Source: Paraspadella gotoi (Eukaryota > Animalia > Chaetognatha). From it: DNA of 64,000 nucleotides. Location: assembly GCA_051294375.1 (NCBI GenBank), contig CM119265.1, positions 11,031,918-11,095,917 on the forward strand, given 5' to 3'. The notes under the pieces are model-generated. The model searched no databases. It was not told the DNA's origin and saw only the letters and a program-made list of their open reading frames with translations. Both the position numbers and the translations under genes were made by a program. Of the stretch, positions 25,801 to 39,428 are shown piece after piece (position 1 is the stretch's first letter; every line of letters begins with the position of its first letter).

Positions 25801-28800
25801 CTTGGTGATGCACTTTCCACCAACAACAACAATACACTGAAGAGACGCAACAGACTTCTCCCTACGGGAGGGGGGGATGTATGGTGGACTAAAATCCACC
25901 AACCGTTCATCAGCGGCCATTGGTGCCGGAGGCAAGTCATTCGCCTCCCAACCCAAAGGTCCGGGTTCTAGCCCGGTGGTCGTCTGGCAGTTAAGAGGGA
26001 CGGGGCGCTTAAACCCGCCTGTAACATGGTGTTACAGCCTGATCCGAAGCTCAGGGACTGCTTACATTGAACGGTTCTGTCATTAACACTTATCAATAAT
26101 TACTGTCTCTTCACTTTCTTTCCACACACAAAATTTCATCCCATTCTATCCTTCCAATTATGAATAAAATCGATTAATGATGGATTAAATTAATAAATAG
26201 ATTCAAATAAAGTGACTTATGTTTTTTCCATTTCAACTCATTTCCACTTGTACGATTCCATCTAAATTTTATATCCAGCTTTATCACACACTTTCCTACT
26301 CCGACACAAAATTTAATCTCAATCTATCTATCCAATTATGAGTAATATGAGTTAAGATTAGTAAAAAGATTTAAGCTATTGTGACTTATGTTTTTTCCAT
26401 ATAAACTTATTTCCACTCGCACGATTCCATTGAAACTTTATATCCAGCTCAATCACACACTTTCCTACCCACACACAAAATTTTATAACAATCCAACCAT
26501 CCAATCACGAGTAATTGGAGTTTTTTTTGCTAAGGGGGGACGGATGGACGGACTTTTTTTGGCTTAATTTATGATAATATGATGTTCTGATGTGATAAAA
26601 TGATTTACCGACAAGATTTAGGGTGAATTATAGACTCGGAATCTGCTGATAAGCAGATCCGACTAAAAATATAACTAAAACTTTCAAAAAAGTATCAGGA
26701 TCTCGCCAGACGTTACTATCAAAAATCGAAAAAAAAGAATGATTGATGCGATAACAAATTATTGATTTAATAAAAATTGATTGATGAAATAGTAATTAAT
26801 TGATTGATTGATGTAATAGTAATTGATTGATAGATATAATAGTAATTGATTGATAGATGTAATAGTAATTGATTAATTAAACATAATTGTAATTGATTAA
26901 TATAATTAATAATGATTGATGATGTAATAGTAATTGTTTGATATAATAGTAATTGATTGATTGATATAATAGTAATTGATTGATTGATGCGATGATAACC
27001 AAAGGATTGATGCGATTATAACCAAATGATTGATGTATGGTGGACTAAAATCCACCAACCGTTCATCAGCGGCCATTGGTGCCGGAGGCAAGTCATTCGC
27101 CTCCCAACCAAAGGTCCGGGGTTCTAGCCCGGTGGTCGTCTGGCAGTTAAGAGGGACGGGGCGCTTAAACCCGCCTGTAACATGGTGTTACAGCCTGATC
27201 CGAAGCTCAGGGACTGCTTATGTTGAGCGGTTCTGTCACTAACTCATAACAATAATTACTGTCTCTTCATTGTGAGCCCGACTTCCGAACACAACAGCAA
27301 CAACAACACTTTCAGGCGACATGCCTCAACCTGGCGATGCACTTTCCGCCACAACACATCAGGCGACATGCCTCAACTTGGTGACGCACTTTCCACCAAC
27401 AACAACAATACACTGAAGAGACGCAACAGACTTCTCCCTACGGGAGGGGGATGTATGGTGGACTAAATCCACCAACCGTTCATCAGCGGCCATTGGTGCG
27501 GAGGCAAGTCATTCGCCTCCCAACCCAAAGGTCCGGGGTTCTAGCCCGGTGGTCGTCTGGCAGTTAAGAGGACGGGGCGCTAACCCGCCTGTAACATGGT
27601 GTTACAGCCTGATCCGAAGCTCAGGGACTGCTTATGTTGAGCGGTTCTGTCACTAACTCATAACAATAATTACTGTCTCTTCAGATGCAATGATAACCAA
27701 AGGATTGATGCAATGATAACCAAATGATGGATGCGATGATAACCAAATGATGGATGCGATGATAACCAAATGATGGATGCGATGATAACCAAATGATGGA
27801 TATGATAATTGGGACCAACTCTGAGATAATTAAAATTTCGACTATTAGCAAAGTATCTTTAGTTGTCTTAACTAAATATTTAAGCAATCATTTTCAAAAA
27901 AATTTACATTATACGTCTTGATTAATACATTAAAAATTACATGTCTTTCTAAATTATAAAATTTTTTTTTGAAATCTTCAAAATTTTTTTATGGATTCTG
28001 ATAGAGCATAAAAAGTTTAACAAGAAATATAATTACAGCTTTTTAAAAATTCTTACATTTTCTATGTGAAAATATAAAAAAACTGATAAATCATTGAAAG
28101 AGATGATGATTTTTTACGGTTTTTCTTATTTTTGACTTGCTTATCATAAAAATATTTAAAACAAGTTTGAGCAAACAATGTCGGATCTGCCTACGATAAT
28201 TAATTAATTAATCGATTAATTAATTAATTAATAAATTTTAATATGTAATAATTAATTTTAAATTTATATTCAACTATCATCATCGATGTCCATAAAAATT
28301 GGGTTAGGACAGTTATTAAATATGTTTTTGTTTACATTTTATCCTCTATTTTATTTTATGTCTCCTTCTCTCTCTCTCTCTCACTCTCTCTCTTTTTATG
28401 CAATTGCGACGATTTTTAAATTTTTTAACTTGCATCATTTTTCACATTAATTAATTAATTAATTAAACATTTATTAGTAATCATTAATATTAAAGATTCA
28501 AGTAAAATGTGACATATGTTTTTCCATCTAAACTCATTTCCACTGGCACAATTCCCTCAAAACTTTGAAACTTTTGAAATTATGCGAGTTGATTTAATTA
28601 TGCAAATTGATTAAATTATGAAAGTTTACCAAATATGAAAGTTTACCAAATTATGAAAGTTTACCAAATTATTAAAGTTTACCAAATTATAAAAGTTTAG
28701 CCAATTATGAAGGTTAACCAAATTAAGCAAGTTAACTAAATTATAAAAAATTACCAAATTATGAAAGTTTACCAAATTATAAAGTTTACCAAATTTAAAA

Positions 28801-30351
28801 GTTGATTAAATTATATCAGTTGACCAATTTATGTCAGTTGACCAAATTATGTCAATTGACTAAATTATGCAAGGTGACCAATTATGCAAGTTGGTATTGG
28901 TGCAGCTATTGGTTCATTGATTGATTAATTGAAGTGAAAAATATTATTTTTTATTTTTATATTTTATTGTAATGAAAGATGAAAATAGAAAATAGATAGA
29001 GAAAGACGAGAGAGAGAGAGAGGGAGAGAGAAAGAGAGAGTAGAGGGAGAGAGAGATAGGAGGGAGAGAGAGCCGTTCCAAGGGGCAGGAAAATCCATCC
29101 CCCTGGGGGTAGCCCCAGGGGCAAGGTTTTTCTAGCCCCTGGGAGATTCCCCCTGGAGTGGCCCCTTGGGGCTCCAAAAAAGAGGCTACAGGGGGGCCGC
29201 CCCTAGGCGGTAAGGATTGCCTGCCCTCGGGGCCGCCCCAGCACCGCCCCCGGGGAAGCGATTCTGAAGGATGACATACTTGTGTTTATGCCGACACCAT
29301 CACACTCTAACCAGCGTGACCGTGAGGGAAACCCGGAACTCACGGTTGGTGAACAAGTACTTAACTGAGTTTCACCAGCTATATGGGAAGCGAATTTAGG
29401 ATTAGCCACAGTACATCATTTTATAATATGAAGCCTTCTGTATAAAAATGTATAAAACAAACGAGTGAGTGTAGGAATATGAAACATACAATTTAAAAGA
29501 CCTCAATGATGAGAAGCCATATCTAAATTTTCAGCTTTCTGTGGTTACACACAGAGTTTCGTTAACCGTTAATTTTTCAGAAAATTTGCTTAACCGTTAA
29601 ATCTAACATTTTTAACGGTTAACCGTTAAAATTTTCTATTTAAGCTTCTCGTTCTCTCTTTCTCTTTCTCTCTTTTGCTTTCTTTTTTCTTTCTCTATTT
29701 CTCTTCCTCATTATTTTTCTAGTTGTAAGTCTTTCATAAACCATGACCATAATTATAAATATAAAATATTAGTTTATTAGTTTAGTTATTAGTTTATTAG
29801 TTAGTTTAGTTATTAGTTTATTGATTGAGCTATGATCAAAGATTTATTGATTAATAAATTTTTTTTCCATTTTATTAAAATGTATATCATCATTGAGGAT
29901 ATTTTAGTTAGCCTTAATGTCTTTTTTAAAGATTTCTTCCTTCTATTATTAATTCTTTTTTATAATAATTTTTATTAATTTTTTTCATTCATTCGGAAGA
30001 AAAAGAGAAAAAAAAAGAATTATTCATTTTTTTAATAACAAAATAGAATAATAAGTTTTTCATGTAAGAATTAAATTTGTAAGAAAATGTATGCATTTGC
30101 ATAAATATTATATTTCAAAATATTCTTTGATGTAAATGAATTGTGTTATGTAATCCTTTCTTTCGTTGTGATTAGAGATTAAAGACAGTTTGAAAATAAT
30201 TGGCAACAACAATTTATTTTCAAGATGAAAACGTACATGTTTCGGCTTTTTTACAAGCCTTCTTCAGCGTCAATTTAGTTTGCGAAATTATTAAACAGAT
30301 TTTGTGTAAAAGATGGTGAGAGAGAGAGAGAAAAGGGAAACTTTGCCCTCC

Positions 30352-30409
<58 letters not shown>

Positions 30410-30940
30410 CTTTTTCTACACAAAATCTGTCTAATATTTTCACTAACTAAATTGACGCTGAAAAAGGCTTGTAAAAAAGCCGAAACATCTACGTTTTCAT
30501 CTTGAAAATAAATGTTATGCCAATTATTTGGAGAAAGTAAAATAAAATACTGAAGGGCAGAAAAAAAGGAGAGAAAAGAAAGGGGGAAGAAGGAGGGGAA
30601 AAGAAAGAAATAAAAAGAAAGGAACATAAGGGTATAAAGTTAGGATAAGAAAGAATAAGAGAGATTAGGATAGCAAAAGATTGGGTTGATAATAAAAAAG
30701 AAAAAAATTCATTGAAAAACTGGAGAAGAGAAAGAGGGAGGAAAACTTGGTGAAAAAGGGAGAGGAGAATAAGAGAGGATAGGAAGAAAAAATACTTTTC
30801 TTTTAAAAATCTAGAACAAAGTTTTGAAGAGAGATTTAACAACGATTTTTATTTCATAGTGAAACGGACATGTTTCGACTCACATACGAGTCTTCTTCAG
30901 CGCCAATTCAATTTGTGAATTTGAAGAGAATTTTGTGCAT

Positions 30941-30985
<45 letters not shown>

Positions 30986-31324
30986 AGAGCAAAGTTTCTA
31001 ACACAGAGTTTGAGAGAAAGGATAGTGTTCAGTTTTTTTATTAGGGACAGGTGAAGGTGAGGACAGAGATAGTTTGTGAAAAGAAATTGAAATGGAGAGA
31101 GAGAGAGAGAGAGAGACACAGTGCTGAAAATATAATACATTATGAAATGTACAACAAAGTTAAAATTTTGGTAAACTTTAGTAATAAATAATATCACAAT
31201 TAACTACTGTAATGAAAGTGAAGTGAAATAGAAGTTCAGAAATGTGAAATATTAAAATACTAAAGTTTACCAAATTTTTTAACTTTGTTGTACATTTCAT
31301 AATGTATTATATTTTCAAGCACTG

Positions 31325-31355
<31 letters not shown>

Positions 31356-34300
31356 ATTTCAATTTCTTTTCACAAACTATCTCTGTCCTCACTTTCACCT
31401 GTCCCTAATATAAAACTGAACACTATCCTTTCTCTCAAACTCTGTGTTGGAAACTTTGCTCTCTCTCTCTCTTGCTCTCTTCTTTATGCACAAAATTCTC
31501 TTCAAATTCACAAATTGAATTGGCGCTGAAGAAGACTCGTATGTGAGTCGAAACATGTCGTTCACTATGAAATAAAAATCGTTGTTAAATCTCTCTTCAA
31601 AACTTTGTTCTAAATCAAATCACAACGAAACAGAAAGGAAAAAACACAATGTTTNNNNNNNNNNNNNNNNNNNNNNNNNTCATTCTTTCAACTTGCATCA
31701 TTCTTTCAACTTGCAACAAGCTTTAACTTGCATTATTTTTTCAATATGCATAATTTTTTTATCTTACTTATTAATTAATTAAAACATTCATGAGTAGGCA
31801 TAAATAATTAAAATTTAAGTCAACTTAACTTTGGTTTTTTCCATGCAAACTCATCACGATTCCGACGAAACTTTATATCCTGCTCAATCATACTTTCTTT
31901 CCCACACACAAAATTTCATCCCATTCTATCCTTCCAATTATGAATAAATCGATTAATTATGGATTAAAATTAATAAATAGATTCAAATAAAAGTGACTTA
32001 TGTTTTTTCCATTTCAACTCACTTCCACTTGTACGATTCCATCTAAATTTTATATCCAGCTTTATCACACACTTTCCTACTCCGACACAAAATTTAATCT
32101 CAATCTATCTATCCAATTATGAGTAATTATGAGTTAAGATTAGTAAAAAGATTTAAGCTATTGTGACTTATGTTTTTTCCATATAAACTTATTTCCACTC
32201 GCACGATTCCATTGAAACTTTATATCCAGCTCAATCACACACTTTCCTACCCACACACAAAATTTTATAACAATCCAACCATCCAATCACGAGTAATTGG
32301 AGTTTTTTTTGCTAAGGGGGGACGGATGGACGGACTTTTTTTTTGGCTTAATTTATGATAATATGATGTTCTGATGTGATAAAAATGATTTACCGACAAG
32401 ATTTAGGGGTGAATTATAGACTCGGAATCTGCTGATAAGCAGATCCGACTAAAAATATAACTAAAACTTTCAAAAAAGTATAAGGATCTCGCCAGACGTT
32501 ACTATCAAAAATCCGAAAAAAAAAGAATGATTGATGCGATAACAAATTATTGATGTAATAAAAATTGATTGATGAAATAGTAATTGATTGATTGATGTAA
32601 TAGTAATTGATTGATAGATATAATAGTAATTGATTGATAGATGTAATAGTAATTGATTAATTAACATAATTGTAATTGATTAATATAATAATAATTGATT
32701 GATTGATGTAATAGTAATTGTTTGATGTAATAGTAATTGATTGATTGATATAATAGTAATTGATTGATTGATGCGATGATAACCAAAGGATTGATGCGAT
32801 GATAACCAAATGATTGATGCAATGATAACCAAAGGATTGATGCAATGATAACCAAATGACGGATGCGATGATAACCAAATGACGGATGCGATGATAACCA
32901 AATGATGGATGTGATGATAACCAAATGATGGATATGATAATTGGGACCAACTCCTGAGATAATATAAAATTTCGACTATTAGCAAAGTATCTTTAGTTGT
33001 CTTAACTAAATATTTAAGCAATCATTTTCAAAAAATTAATACATTAAAAATTACTTGTCTTTTTTAAATTATAAAATTTTATTTTTGAAATCTCAAAATT
33101 TTTTTATGGATTCTGATAGAGCATAAAAAGTTTAACAAGAAATATAATTACAGCTTTTAAAAATTCTTACATTTTCTATGTGAAAATATAAAAAAACTGA
33201 TAAAATCATTGAAAGATGATGATGATTTTTTACGGTTTTTCTTATTTTTGACTTGCTTATCATAAAAATATTTAAACAAGTTTGAGCAAACGATAATTAA
33301 TTAATTAATCGATTAATTAATTAATTAAGAATTAAGTCGATTGAATTAATGTATGTGAAGTAGAATTTTAAGTATGTAATAGTTAATTTTAAATGTTTAA
33401 TATTAGCTATTCGATCATCGATGTCCATAAAATTGGTTAAGGACAGTTTATTAAATATGTTTTGTTTACATTTTAATCCTCTATTTTATTTTATGTCTCC
33501 TTCTCTCTCTCTCTCTCACTCTCTCTCTTTTTATGAAATTGGCGACGATTTTTAAATTTTTAACTTTGCATCATTTTTTCAACATTAATTAATTAATTAA
33601 AAAACATTTATTAGTAATCATTAATATTAAAGATTCAGAGTAAATGTGACTATTTTTTTTCCATCTAAACTCATTTCCACTGCGCACAGGATGTCGCGTT
33701 CAAAGAACTTTAATATAGATTTTATATATTATGAAATATTTAGAAAGCTTGTAAGTGAACAACCCAATGACTAATACCAAAAAGTTACATTGAATAGTCG
33801 ATTTGGTAGTAAAGGGAAAAAAAGAAATTATTTAAGAGAGACTAGAAGTTGTTAAAAACGTGTTCAAGTTTTGGCCCGGCCTTACTAGATAATCTAGCGG
33901 ACCGGACAGGTTGAAAACTAGAAAGTTCGTCGCTCAATAAATGAATGGGTGGAAGTAGCGAGGCTATAAATATATAAAATGAAAACAATTTAAGTAGCTA
34001 TTGAGATATGTGCTTAAATTTCTTACATTTTTTTCATAAGATTCTAGATTAGAGGCTTTAAAAGGTTAGATAAAGGTTATTATATAATATAATATATATT
34101 ATATAACTTTTTAAAATTTTGTAGGTTTTATTAAATGAAAAATTTTAAAAAAAATAGAAATTCAGGACCAATAATGATGGATGATGTATTTTAGAGGAGT
34201 TTTTTCTATATTTTTAAGCGCAATTTATTGTCAAAATTTGAAACTTTTTTAAGCTCTACAAGAACCCGTTCTTAAAAAAAAACAATTTTTTCAAATTTTT

Positions 34301-37300
34301 TTGTCATTTGTTATATATTAATAAATATTTAAAAGCTTCAGTGCAACAACCCAATGAACTAATTCAAAAAGTTACATTGAAAATCGATTTAGTAGTAGAA
34401 GGAAAAAAAAATTTTTTTGAGAGAACTAGAAGTTATAAAAAGTGTTCAATTTTGGCCCGCCTTACTAGATATATTGCATGTGATTAAACAAGGTTATCGG
34501 AATAATAATTTTATCAATTTTATGTATTTTGTAAGTATTTTAAGTATTTTTATTAAGTGAGTAAAATAACTTTTTTATTCGCTAATTTTTATCTCAGACT
34601 CTCTTTCTCTCTCTCTTTGCATTTGCAACGATCCTTATGCTCATTGATGAGAGATTCTTTTTCTCATTCACCCAGATCTTTTCTTTTTTTTTCTCTCTCT
34701 CTGTTTTCCTCTCTCTATAGATCGTTTTTTTTTTTCTCTCTCTTTCAAGACTTGTTTTATTTTTACATGAATTAAATATAGCATATTTTTCAAATTATTG
34801 TTAACTTCATTTATTTCATATTTTATCTAAAATTATAATATTTGTATTTTTTATTAACTCCAATTATTTTTATTTCAGTTAAAAGATATAGAAACAAGTT
34901 TAGCAAACAATGTAAGACGTAGCCACCAAGCAAAATTTTAGTGGTAAAGAGCTAATCAGTCATTTGTCTTCCTTTTTTTTTGTCTTATTTATCTTTTTTT
35001 TTTTAATTTTTTTCCTTTTTTTTTTTTTGTTGATGGACAATACGTGATAGACTGATAGAGAGACATAATTTTTTAACAAAATATTATAATTTGATGTTTA
35101 AAAAAAGAAATTAAATAAATCAACCAACAAATAATGGGCAGTGACTGACAGACCTACTTAGTGAATTATGGAGCCCCTAAAAAAACAATAAAAACTATTC
35201 ATCAACATAAACGAGTTGCTAACATCGTAAAATAAATTTTAATTTTAAGATTTGTAATTAATATCGTCAGTTTGTAGATTGCTTAAGATGAACTCAACGT
35301 TGTTAAGTAGAGGCTGACGATTTGAAGAGAGAGAGTGAGCAAAACTTATATCTAGCTCAATCACAATACTTTTCTACCCACACACAAATTTTATTCCATC
35401 CATCTATTTAATACCGAATAATTGGAGTTTAATGCTAATATGGGATGGACTTAAAGACTGATATTAATTATTAATCATTAATATTTTTTTAATTATTATT
35501 TTATAAGTGAATTAAAAAATTAAAACCATCCCTACTCTTATTCTATAAAATTATTAAGATAAAATTTTGGTCCGTGTGGGTAGAAAAATGAAAGGGAGTT
35601 TTAATGGACAAAACAAAAGTTACTTTAACTTGAAACATTATTAAAAATTTTTTTGCACTCTATTTCCTCTCTTCTTTTTTTTATTTCTATCCGGAACAAA
35701 ATTATTAATTAGCTAATTGTTAAGTTTGATTGTTGACAAATTAATTAATTTGACCAAATTATATCACAAGTTGTCCAATTATCTAAGTTGACGCAAATTA
35801 TGCAAGTTGACAAAATTATGACTTGACTAAATTAAGCAAATTAACCAAATTATACCAGTTGACCAATTTATGCCAATTGACAAATCTATGAATTGACCAA
35901 ATTATGCAAGTTGACCAAATTATGCGAGTTGATTTAATCTATGGCAAATTGATTAAATTATGAAGTTTACCAATATGAAAGTTTCACGCAAATTTAATGA
36001 AAGTTTAACCAAATTATTAAAGTTTACCAAAATTATACAAGTTTAGCCAATTATGAATAGTTAACCAAATTAAGCAAGTTAACTAATATATAAAAAAAAT
36101 AACCGAAATTATGAAAGTTTACCAATTATAAAAGTTACCAAATTATAAAACCAATTTAAAAGTTGATTAAATTATATCAGTTGACCATTTTTATGTCAGT
36201 GACCAAATTATGTCAATTGACTAAATTATGCAAGGTGACCAAAACTTATGCAAGGTGACCAAATTATACAAGTTGGTATTGGTGGCAGCTATTGGTTCAA
36301 TTGAATTGAGTAATTGAAGTGAAAAATATTATTTTTATTTTTATATTTTATTGTAATGAAAGATGAAAAATAGATAGAAGAAAGAGAGAGAGGGGAGAGA
36401 AAGAAGAGAGAGAGGGAATAGAGAGAGAGACTAGGAGGAGAAGAGAAGGCCGTTTCCAGAGGGGCCAGGAAAATCCAATCCCCCTGGNNNNNNNNNNNNN
36501 NNNNNNNNNNNNNNNNNNNNNNNNNNNNNNNNNNNNNNNNNNNNNNNNNNNNNNNNNNNNNNNNNNNNNNNNNNNNNNNNNNNNNNNNNNNNNNNNNNNN
36601 NNNNNNNNNNNNNNNNNNNNNNNNNNNNNNNNNNNNNNNNNNNNNNNNNNNNNNNNNNNNNNNNNNNNNNNNNNNNNNNNNNNNNNNNNNNNNNNNNNNN
36701 NNNNNNNNNNNNNNNNNNNNNNNNNNNNNNNNNNNNNNNNNNNNNNNNNNNNNNNNNNNNNNNNNNNNNNNNNNNNNNNNNNNNNNNNNNNNNNNNNNNN
36801 NNNNNNNNNNNNNNNNNNNNNNNNNNNNNNNNNNNNNNNNNNNNNNNNNNNNNNNNNNNNNNNNNNNNNNNNNNNNNNNNNNNNNNNNNNNNNNNNNNNN
36901 NNNNNNNNNNNNNNNNNNNNNNNNNNNNNNNNNNNNNNNNNNNNNNNNNNNNNNNNNNNNNNNNNNNNNNNNNNNNNNNNNNNNNNNNNNNNNNNNNNNN
37001 NNNNNNNNNNNNNNNNNNNNNNNNNNNNNNNNNNNNNNNNNNNNNNNNNNNNNNNNNNNNNNNNNNNNNNNNNNNNNNNNNNNNNNNNNNNNNNNNNNNN
37101 NNNNNNNNNNNNNNNNNNNNNNNNNNNNNNNNNNNNNNNNNNNNNNNNNNNNNNNNNNNNNNNNNNNNNNNNNNNNNNNNNNNNNNNNNNNNNNNNNNNN
37201 NNNNNNNNNNNNNNNNNNNNNNNNNNNNNNNNNNNNNNNNNNNNNNNNNNNNNNNNNNNNNNNNNNNNNNNNNNNNNNNNNNNNNNNNNNNNNNNNNNNN

Positions 37301-39386
37301 NNNNNNNNNNNNNNNNNNNNNNNNNNNNNNNNNNNNNNNNNNNNNNNNNNNNNNNNNNNNNNNNNNNNNNNNNNNNNNNNNNNNNNGGTAGCCCCAGGGG
37401 GCAAGGTTTTTCTAGCCCCTGGGGGACACCCCCTGGAGTGGCCCCTTGGGGCTCCAAAAAAGAGGCTACAGGGGGCCGCCCCTAGGCGGTAAGGATTTGC
37501 CTGCCCCTCGGGGCCGCCCTCAGCACCGCCCCCGGGGGAAGCGATTCTGAAGGATGACATACTTGTGTTTATGCCGACACCATCACACTCTAACCAGCGT
37601 GACCGTGAGGGAAACCCGGAACTCACGGTTGGTGAACAAGTACTTAACTGAGTTTCACCAAGCTATATGGGAAGCGAATTTAGGATTAGCCACAGTACAT
37701 CATTTTATAATATGAAGCCTTCTGTATAAAAATTGTATAAAACAAACGAGTGAGTGTAGGAATATGAAACATACAATTTAAAAGACCTCAATGATGAGAA
37801 GCCATATCTAAATTTTCAGCTTTCTGTGGTTACACACAGAGTTTCGTTAACCGTTAATTTTTCAGAAAATTTGCTTAACCGTTAAATCTAACATTTTTAA
37901 CGGTTAACCGTTAAAATTTTCTATTAAGCTTTCTCGTTCTCTCTTTCTCTTTCTCTCTTTTGCTTTCTTTTTTTCTTTCTCTATTTCTCTTCCTCATTAT
38001 TTTTCTAGTTGTAAGTCTTTCATAAACCATGACCATAATTATAAATATAAAATATTAGTTTATTAGTTTAGTTATTAGTTTATTAGTTAGTTTAGTTATT
38101 AGTTTAATGATTGAGCTATTGATCAAAAGATTTATTGATTAATAAATTTTTTTTCCGTTTTATTAAAATGTATATCATCATTGGAGGATATTTTTAGTTA
38201 GCCTTAATTAGGAAGTCTACGTCGTCTTTAGAGATCGAGGAAAGACTTTTCCAATTGGAATTTTCCAGTTCAAATCTGACTACCAAACAATATAAACGCT
38301 CCTGGTAAAAATTCTGGTAAACTATCGATGTAAAAAAACACTTGATTCCGATCCTGTTGCATGCTGAAGGGCTCGCATTTTTTTTTTCTCTTGTCAAATC
38401 ATCATCATCTTGATATCAAACAAGCCAGAAACAAATAGACTGCTTCTCGATGGAAAAATTTTCCATCTCTGATTATAATTAAGAATGAAGGGATTTTTTC
38501 CTTGAAAACGATATAAACGTGACTGAGGTATTTTCCTGTTTAACAAAATGAGGTCTAATTTTGGAATCCTTTGGCAAGTGTCTGAAGGGCCTCTCAAAAT
38601 TTTTCTTTTACATTTTATTTGGTTATTTTATATGATAACGATCATGGTAAAGTGGATTAGTCCATTTTGGTGAAATTTTTATTTAAAGTAAAAGTAAAAG
38701 AGGAGCTAACGATCGGAAATTTCTAGAGAGTTTTCAACCGGGAGTCAGATTCGGGAAAAATCTTCTATGGCGAAAATCTTCCAAAGAAGGGGTGGATTTT
38801 CCAAAGATTTTTGGTTAATATTTTCTATATCTTGTGGTTGGATTTTTTTGAATACTTAATATTAACAATATTGCCATCATCTCTACCTTGGCTGGTATAA
38901 GAATATATAAAAAACTCTCGGGCTTTGTTCGTCAGAGCTTAGTCCCTACGCCTTAATGTCTTTTTAAAGATTTCTTCCTTCTATATTAATTCTTTTTTAA
39001 TAATAATTTTTTTATTAATTTTTTTTCATTCATCTCGAAGAAAAAGAGAGAAAAAAAAGAATTATTCATTTTTTTATAACAAAATAGAATAATAAGTTTT
39101 TCATGTAAGAATTAAATTTGTAAGAAAATGTATGTATTTGCATAAATATTATATTTCAAAATATTCTTTGATGTAAATGAATTGTGTTATGTAATCCTTT
39201 CTTTCGTTGTGATTAGAGATTAAAGACAGTTTGAAATAATTGGCAACAACAATTTATTTTCAAGATGAAAACGTACATGTTTCGGCTTTTTTACAAGCCT
39301 TCTTCAGCGTCAATTTAATTTGCGAAATTATTAAACAGATTTTGTGTAAAAGATGGTGAGAGAGAGAGAGAAACGGGGAAACTTTG

Positions 39387-39428
<42 letters not shown>

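Larger units (their letters stand above)
27036..27683 (+). mobile_element. Non-autonomous miniature LTR retroelement (TRIM/retrozyme-like), intact: LTRs 27036-27269 and 27454-27683, 184-bp non-coding interior
   Basis: Direct ~230-bp LTRs (TATGG...CTTCA) with TSD GATG (27032-35 and 27684-87). A PBS-like TG(G)TGAGCCCGAC follows the 5' LTR and the PPT GGGAGGGGG precedes the 3' LTR. The empty site ttGATGc is seen in the duplicate region near 32816. Confidence 0.9.
30150..31640. mobile_element. Penelope-like pLTR remnants arranged as nested inverted repeats (~30205-30525 and ~30810-31612)
   Basis: Inverted arms each end in hammerhead, AATAAA and ACAAC, and contain (GA)n tracts. This layout is typical of Penelope-like elements. 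No RT ORF is present. Confidence 0.65.

Noticed and set aside
27070-27138. Functional tRNA-Gly gene
   Set aside because: The anticodon and D stems are degenerate and the sequence is embedded in an LTR, so it is treated as a tRNA-derived promoter.
36289-37626. 445-aa and 369-aa ORFs
   Set aside because: They span a ~900-nt N gap.
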